64,000 nucleotides of DNA from Deltaproteobacteria bacterium (GTDB taxonomy: Bacteria > Myxococcota > SpSt-1050). The position numbers and the translations under genes were made by a program. Positions within the stretch are counted from its first letter, which is position 1. Each line of letters starts with the position of its first letter. This document shows positions 58,439 to 64,000 of the stretch, one piece after another. The stretch lies in assembly GCA_026416535.1 (NCBI GenBank), contig JAOAFA010000087.1, positions 5,438 to 69,437 on the forward strand. Reading direction: 5' to 3'. The notes beneath the pieces were generated by a model. It ran no database searches. It was not told where the DNA came from and worked only from the letters and a program-made list of their open reading frames with translations.

Positions 58439-60390
58439 TTGAGAGAATAGAAAATATCCTGGTTTGTGATGATGATGAATTGTTTAGGAGAAGGACATCC
58501 GATCTTCTTCAAAGATATGGCTACTTTGTCCTTGAGGCATCAAGCGGACTTGATGCAAAGGATAAGTTGATCAGGAATAAAATAGACCTTGCTATTATCG
58601 ATATTATATTGCCTGATTATGATGGAGCTGAATTGGCCATTGAGGTGAGGGAGAAATATCCTGATGTTGCAATTGTTGTGATTACCCAAAGAAATGAGGC
58701 TACACTGGCAGTCAATCTTTTGAAAAAAGGGATAGATGAATATATAGTTAAGCCGATTGGGGATGAGGAATTGCTGAATGTTATTGAGTTAATATACAAA
58801 AAGAGGGTAGAAAATGAAGAGAAGAGTAAACTATTGGTGAATAGCTCGAATTATAATCTTCAGCTGATCTATGATCGAATTATAAGGCTTTTAACATTTA
58901 TTGAGTTGGATAAACTCTATGAAGCAATAGTGGAGACCTTAGTTTCAGTCTTGAGGGTTCAAGGGGCAATATTGTGGGTACCAGATAAAAAAGATAAGAG
59001 CTTTTTTAGGATTGAGTCCTATAGGGGACTGGTTCAGACAGAATCTTTTCCGTTTACTTTTAGTTTAAAAGAACATCCCCTTCAAAGTCTTTTCTACACA
59101 AGTAAGTATATTGAGGATTCTGAATTATCAAATGGCGAGGGGGCTGTCATAGGTGAAATTATAGATAAAAAACGGAATTTAATTCTTCCTTTGGTGTACT
59201 ATAAAGAATTGTATGGTGTTGTAAAGCTTGTTGAAAAGATATCTGGTGAGTTTACAGAAAGTGACATTCGCATTGCCTCTTTGATCGCCGAATTTTCAGC
59301 GATAGCGATAAGAAATTGTAAGTATTTTGAATTTGCTTCGTATTCATTACTTAGGGAGAAGGATTCACATCTATACTCTATGGCATATTTTATAGACTAT
59401 GCAGGTAAAGAGATTTATAGGGCAAGGAGATATAAAAGGCCGTTCTCGGTGGTGGAGATAGTTATAGATAACGCCGAGTATTTTAAATTGAATATGAACA
59501 AAGACATGTATGAGAATTTGTCAAAATGGCTGGTTGGGAATATATCTACTGGACTTAGGTCCTCAGATGTAATATCAAGGGTGTCAGAAAGTGAATTTCT
59601 CCTCGTGATGCCAGATACTGATTATATGGGGGCTTTAGCATATATCAGTAGATCTCTAAATAATTTTAGATCCGAACAATTTGTTAATTTTTTAGATAAA
59701 TATGTTCCTCTCTCTGTCTCTATGGGAGCCGCGTCATTTCCAGCTCATGGAAGTGATTATGACAGCTTGATATATACGTGCTCTGGGAAGATAAAATCTA
59801 TTAGAGAGTCAGTATATAGGAGACACCATTTAGAAGATATGGGATTTTATCAGATAATTGATTACCTTGTGGGATCTTATGAGGATTATGTAAGCTATTT
59901 TAGTGAAAATAAAGATAAGACCTCTATTATGTTTCTATCTCTTGAACAGTCTTCTGATCAAAATGCACATATGTTTCTAAGCCATAAGGAGTTGGACTAT
60001 CATATTGGGGAGGTTACTAATTTTGTGCGATCTATTACAAATGATGGGATTTGGTTGCTCTTTATTGGTAGGTCTCCTTCTGCAGTATCAAGTCTCCTTT
60101 CTGGTCTGGTCGGTTATAAGAATCCTAATGCAAAGATGTTTGTAGTTAGCATTATGGATAAAGAAGGGTTTAAGTTTAAGAATATTTCTCTTGTAAGCCA
60201 GAGCACTGATTTATGGCAGAAATATACTGTATTTTTGGTTTTATCAGCAGCGGGTTCCTATGGGATGATGTTTAAGAACGAATTTGATAGGTATTATGGT
60301 TTTTCGACTAACGATGAATACTTGATTTTTGAGCTTATTACTAAATTTGTAAGTTCGAATGGATTACACTTGAAGGAGATGTCAAGTTGA
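58435..60390 (+). CDS. Response regulator REC-GAF-degenerate GGDEF
   Basis: REC (DDD, IID, T, KP); GAF; RARRY..P.S...D; RSSD...SESEF in place of GGDEF. Confidence 0.82.
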   Translation: MIERIENILVCDDDELFRRRTSDLLQRYGYFVLEASSGLDAKDKLIRNKIDLAIIDIILPDYDGAELAIEVREKYPDVAIVVITQRNEATLAVNLLKKGIDEYIVKPIGDEELLNVIELIYKKRVENEEKSKLLVNSSNYNLQLIYDRIIRLLTFIELDKLYEAIVETLVSVLRVQGAILWVPDKKDKSFFRIESYRGLVQTESFPFTFSLKEHPLQSLFYTSKYIEDSELSNGEGAVIGEIIDKKRNLILPLVYYKELYGVVKLVEKISGEFTESDIRIASLIAEFSAIAIRNCKYFEFASYSLLREKDSHLYSMAYFIDYAGKEIYRARRYKRPFSVVEIVIDNAEYFKLNMNKDMYENLSKWLVGNISTGLRSSDVISRVSESEFLLVMPDTDYMGALAYISRSLNNFRSEQFVNFLDKYVPLSVSMGAASFPAHGSDYDSLIYTCSGKIKSIRESVYRRHHLEDMGFYQIIDYLVGSYEDYVSYFSENKDKTSIMFLSLEQSSDQNAHMFLSHKELDYHIGEVTNFVRSITNDGIWLLFIGRSPSAVSSLLSGLVGYKNPNAKMFVVSIMDKEGFKFKNISLVSQSTDLWQKYTVFLVLSAAGSYGMMFKNEFDRYYGFSTNDEYLIFELITKFVSSNGLHLKEMSS

Positions 60391-61955
60391 GTGATAAGCC
60401 TCCGAGATTGATACTCGTAGCAGATAGAGATAAGGATTCGGCTGCGCAGCTTGGAGAGGCTCTTAAAAAGAGAGGCTATGGGGTTGTCTATACTTATGAT
60501 GGTTCTAATTCCATAGAGGTTGTAATAACCCATCTGCCTGATCTTGTATTTTATGATGCAGCACTTCCTTTGATTCATTTTAAAAAGTTTATTCAGATTG
60601 TTAGATCGAATCCTCGCACGATGCATATTCCTATAATTATAGTTGGCAGAGCGACGGATAAGATAGGATTTTCTACTCTTACAGAGAGTAAGATTAATAA
60701 ACCTTACGATATAAACTCAATTATGAAGATGGTCGAGAATATCTTTCATAAAATAGATACAGCGGATATGCTTAAGTCTTCAACTAAAGCGTTTGAGGGG
60801 AAGCTCTCTGAGATATCGTTGCCTGATTTGATGCAGGTATTTGCATTAAATAAGAAGACAGGTGTTTTAAAGATCAAAAATAGAAATCATGATGCAAGCA
60901 TATATCTCAGAAACGGAGAGATAATTCATGCTCAGACTGGAAAAATCTTTGGTGAAAAGGCTATATATAGACTCTTAGGGATATCGGAGGGTGATTTTAT
61001 TTTTCAGCCTGATGTTGTCAGTGATCAGATCTCACTTAGAAGCACAATTGACAATATCCTAATGGAAGGAATGAGACAGTTAGATGAGTCTAAGAAGATA
61101 ATAGCAGAGCACTTTAGTGGTAATGATTTATATGTAAGAGATGAAATAAAGATTAGAGAACTTTCTGGACTTCATCCCATCGCTGAAGATGTCATCAGTG
61201 AGCTTAAGGATCCAAAATGTCTTGATGAAATTTTGGATTCCCTTCATTATCCGGACCTTGAAATTCTTACAACCTTGAGATCTCTTATTGTCTCCGGGGC
61301 CATAAAGGTTGTTAGTCTAAGTGATGTGAGTGAGATTATTCAAAGGATACCTTCTAAGAGCACAGGTATATTGAATGAAGAGGAATGGAGAGCCCTTTCT
61401 TATTATTTGAATGAGAATTTTTTTAAGAGGTATTCTATATCTACAACTGTTGTAGGCATAGTTTGTCCTAATCGTGTGCTTTTAAAGAAATTTATTCGTG
61501 TTTTAAAAACGTTGAGTGAGATTGAATTATATGATTATAATTTTGTAATCCAATTTGGTTATGGGAGATTGGGACATATTAGGGGTATTAATATAGACAT
61601 AGATATCTATCTTGTGCCTATTAATAAACAATTTTTCCCTTTTAGAAGGTTGTTGGATGTTAGGATGATAGGTCTTTTATTGATTACCTCATCGGCTGCT
61701 CAAAACATAGTAGTTAATGCCGTTATAGATTCAAAAGGCACAAATTATCTCAATTATATGCCAGTTTTGAATGTAGTTGTGCCTATGGATGACGTTGTTG
61801 GGGTAAAGGATTTGACATTTGTAGATGCCTCATTGGAGATAGGAGAAAATAAGGAACCACCAACAAGATATGATATCTCTAAACCAGAAGAATTTGTTTT
61901 ACTTGTCAGGCGGTTTATTAGTAGTATAATTAAGAAATCAGTTTTAGGGTGTTAA
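60387..61955 (+). CDS. REC-DUF4388 protein with divergent C-terminal domain
   Basis: N-terminal receiver; FEGKL.EISLPDLMQ...KTG.L...G.I.HA; LMEGMRQLDE. Confidence 0.8.
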   Translation: MSDKPPRLILVADRDKDSAAQLGEALKKRGYGVVYTYDGSNSIEVVITHLPDLVFYDAALPLIHFKKFIQIVRSNPRTMHIPIIIVGRATDKIGFSTLTESKINKPYDINSIMKMVENIFHKIDTADMLKSSTKAFEGKLSEISLPDLMQVFALNKKTGVLKIKNRNHDASIYLRNGEIIHAQTGKIFGEKAIYRLLGISEGDFIFQPDVVSDQISLRSTIDNILMEGMRQLDESKKIIAEHFSGNDLYVRDEIKIRELSGLHPIAEDVISELKDPKCLDEILDSLHYPDLEILTTLRSLIVSGAIKVVSLSDVSEIIQRIPSKSTGILNEEEWRALSYYLNENFFKRYSISTTVVGIVCPNRVLLKKFIRVLKTLSEIELYDYNFVIQFGYGRLGHIRGINIDIDIYLVPINKQFFPFRRLLDVRMIGLLLITSSAAQNIVVNAVIDSKGTNYLNYMPVLNVVVPMDDVVGVKDLTFVDASLEIGENKEPPTRYDISKPEEFVLLVRRFISSIIKKSVLGC

Positions 61956-61956
61956 A

Positions 61957-63858
61957 ATGAAAATTTCTTATCTATTTGTTTTACTACTATTGTGTTTGAC
62001 ATTAGATGCTCAGCAGATTGTAGTAACTACCTTGACAGAAGAGTTTAGTGGCAAGTTGTTTTTATATGATGACAAAGAAGATGCCTTAAATGGTCTTAAG
62101 TCTAATTTGTCTGATAGATTGATGAAGAGACTTAAAAAGATGGGTTATTCCGATGATTATATAATTACGTTATTAAAAAAGGTAAAATATTCTGATCTCA
62201 ATGTGGTTGAAAAAAGAGTTGAGATGTTAAAAGATAATAAAAGAGTAAAGACCATAGCCTTTGATTTATCTGGATATGCGAGTATAACAATTGATGAAAA
62301 TGATGTGGTAGAGCTTGCTGAGGCCCTTAAGAGGTTCTCCCCTATAAGTGAGGATGAAAAGATTCAATATAGAGAGGCATTGAGGAATTTTTTAAGCCTT
62401 TCAGAAAGGGTAAGAGGATTGGATGTTTCTATCTTAAAACTTAAACTATCAGAAATAATAAAGTCAGATATCCTTAAACAAATCCAGACAGTTTTTAGTT
62501 CTGATAATATGTCTTTTCAGGTGTTGCATGGGAGGATAGTTGATATCATAAACAATATAGAAACAAATAAAAGATACCTAGGAGAGAATGAAAATTTGAA
62601 AGAGGTTACTAAGCATCTTTTTACTAACATTGAATTCTATTACAAAAGATCTTTAATAGATGTTACAAATTATGAAAGTGCGATAAATTTAGCAAACGAC
62701 ATATCAAGGATGATACCTGATAAGGATGAAGAGATATTAAAGACGTTAATGTTTATTGTTGAGTTTAAGTGGGCCGAAAATATTCAGAACATTGCGTCAA
62801 GTAACAATGTAGAGATAGCAAGATTATTTAGGGAGGTTGATGGCTTTCTTAAAAATTTCTCAACTTCAAAATTTATTAGAAATGTAAGAAACAAACTCAT
62901 TACAAGATTGCGGGGAGAGATGCAAGATGAGCAGTTGATGTATGATTCATTTCAATATATTCTGTTGATATTTGATAGGCTTGGACTCAAAGAGATTAGT
63001 TCCGATATCATGAAGAAGTGTGAATCTGTAATGAGTAGTGTGGAGAGTGCATCAGATGAGGTCTCATCTAAGATTGAAGAATCCTTTAACATATGTATGA
63101 AATATTCTGATCCAATTACAAAAAAGCGGATTAACTCTCTAAAGGAGAAATTTTTAAAGTCTGATAGGAATAGGATGTATAAAAGCATGTTGGGTAATCT
63201 TGCCTTTTTGATGAGATTTGTAAAATATGTTGATTCGATTCCTTTTGGAGTAGAGAAGGAAAAGATTAGCTCGAATAAGTTTAGTGATTTTTTAAATGAA
63301 GGATCTTTTACTTCCGGGTGTTCATGCATGGATGAGCAGAAACAAGAAGACTGTGTTGTATTTGTTTATGGAGGAGACCAATTTGAGTTAGTCCTCAGGT
63401 TCCATGGGCATAGTCTTTATGAGATAGAGGTATGTAATATGAATTTGAAGGGTAGAAGCTCTGTATTGCTATCCTATTTAAAAGAAAACTTTAAACCTTT
63501 ATTTAAGGTCTCAGACATAGAAGAGAAAGATGGGACGTTTGATTTTGAGGTAAAAAAGGATTTAATTCTCTCTGTTGAAAAAGTTGGATTTTTTGGAAGT
63601 GTTTTAGTATATGATAAAAGATATAGACCAAAGATCCAGTCTAAAATCTCTTATTCATCTCCTCAATCGGATAATATCTTAAAGACAGGAGATTGTGTAG
63701 AATGGGAGTGTGAATTTGAGTGTAAATATAGGGGGAAGGTCGAAAAGATTATTGCTGAGGATGTTCAGGTTATTGTTACATTAGCCTCAAAGGCCTCTGA
63801 GCTTAATATGAGAAAGCGCCTTAAGAAGAATTCGGTTAGAAGGTGTCAATCATTTTAG
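61957..63858 (+). CDS. Secreted hypothetical protein
   Basis: 633 aa ORF with signal peptide, in the same operon. Confidence 0.7.
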   Translation: MKISYLFVLLLLCLTLDAQQIVVTTLTEEFSGKLFLYDDKEDALNGLKSNLSDRLMKRLKKMGYSDDYIITLLKKVKYSDLNVVEKRVEMLKDNKRVKTIAFDLSGYASITIDENDVVELAEALKRFSPISEDEKIQYREALRNFLSLSERVRGLDVSILKLKLSEIIKSDILKQIQTVFSSDNMSFQVLHGRIVDIINNIETNKRYLGENENLKEVTKHLFTNIEFYYKRSLIDVTNYESAINLANDISRMIPDKDEEILKTLMFIVEFKWAENIQNIASSNNVEIARLFREVDGFLKNFSTSKFIRNVRNKLITRLRGEMQDEQLMYDSFQYILLIFDRLGLKEISSDIMKKCESVMSSVESASDEVSSKIEESFNICMKYSDPITKKRINSLKEKFLKSDRNRMYKSMLGNLAFLMRFVKYVDSIPFGVEKEKISSNKFSDFLNEGSFTSGCSCMDEQKQEDCVVFVYGGDQFELVLRFHGHSLYEIEVCNMNLKGRSSVLLSYLKENFKPLFKVSDIEEKDGTFDFEVKKDLILSVEKVGFFGSVLVYDKRYRPKIQSKISYSSPQSDNILKTGDCVEWECEFECKYRGKVEKIIAEDVQVIVTLASKASELNMRKRLKKNSVRRCQSF

Positions 63859-63870
63859 GGGTTATACTAT

Positions 63871-64000
63871 ATGGGTTTTGTGTTGGGGCTTGTTTGTCCT
63901 AAATGTAGATTTCTTAATAAATGGGAGGAGAGGATTTGTGTGAGATGTATGGCTCCACTTAGAGATAGTGGGGTTGAGGCAATAAAAGAGGTTCAGTTGT
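63871..64000 (+). CDS. Partial CDS with N-terminal zinc ribbon (runs off window)
   Basis: MGFVLGLVCPKCRFLN...CVRC; SD AGGGG. Confidence 0.6.
   Translation, partial: MGFVLGLVCPKCRFLNKWEERICVRCMAPLRDSGVEAIKEVQL

Overview
Gene-dense, AT-rich (roughly one-third G+C by eye) bacterial chromosomal window of about 55 genes. Gene content looks Myxococcota/deltaproteobacterial: an FrzS-like pseudo-receiver/coiled-coil protein, two DUF4388 proteins, a PEGA Ser/Thr kinase, a giant S41 C-terminal protease, a Cys-rich lipoprotein and a GCSC-tailed surface protein. Housekeeping genes (miaB, guaB, pssA, bfr, rlmB, pyrF, proS, yicC, gmk, dapF, maf) are interleaved with accessory modules. The most interesting module is a compact sulfur operon (8601-4317, minus strand): BigR/SqrR-type two-Cys ArsR sensor with a palindromic operator, octaheme tetrathionate-reductase-family cytochrome, cytochrome b, YeeE, and a YeeE-rhodanese fusion that lacks the rhodanese catalytic Cys but ends in a SoxY-like GGC tail. 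Other notable items: a TetR-MMPL-LolA-like-beta-barrel lipid transport operon; a PlsC plus twin GNAT-like locus divergent from a sigma54-like pssA promoter; a c-di-GMP set (intact EAL, RxxD-retaining degenerate GGDEF, tandem MshEN motifs); several apparent pseudo-enzymes; two probable IS256-family relics; and an approximately 18 kb segment (about 36.4-54.4 kb) with reversed GC skew, suggesting an inversion. No rRNA, tRNA or CRISPR array was recognised. All calls come from reading motifs by eye; no searches were run.
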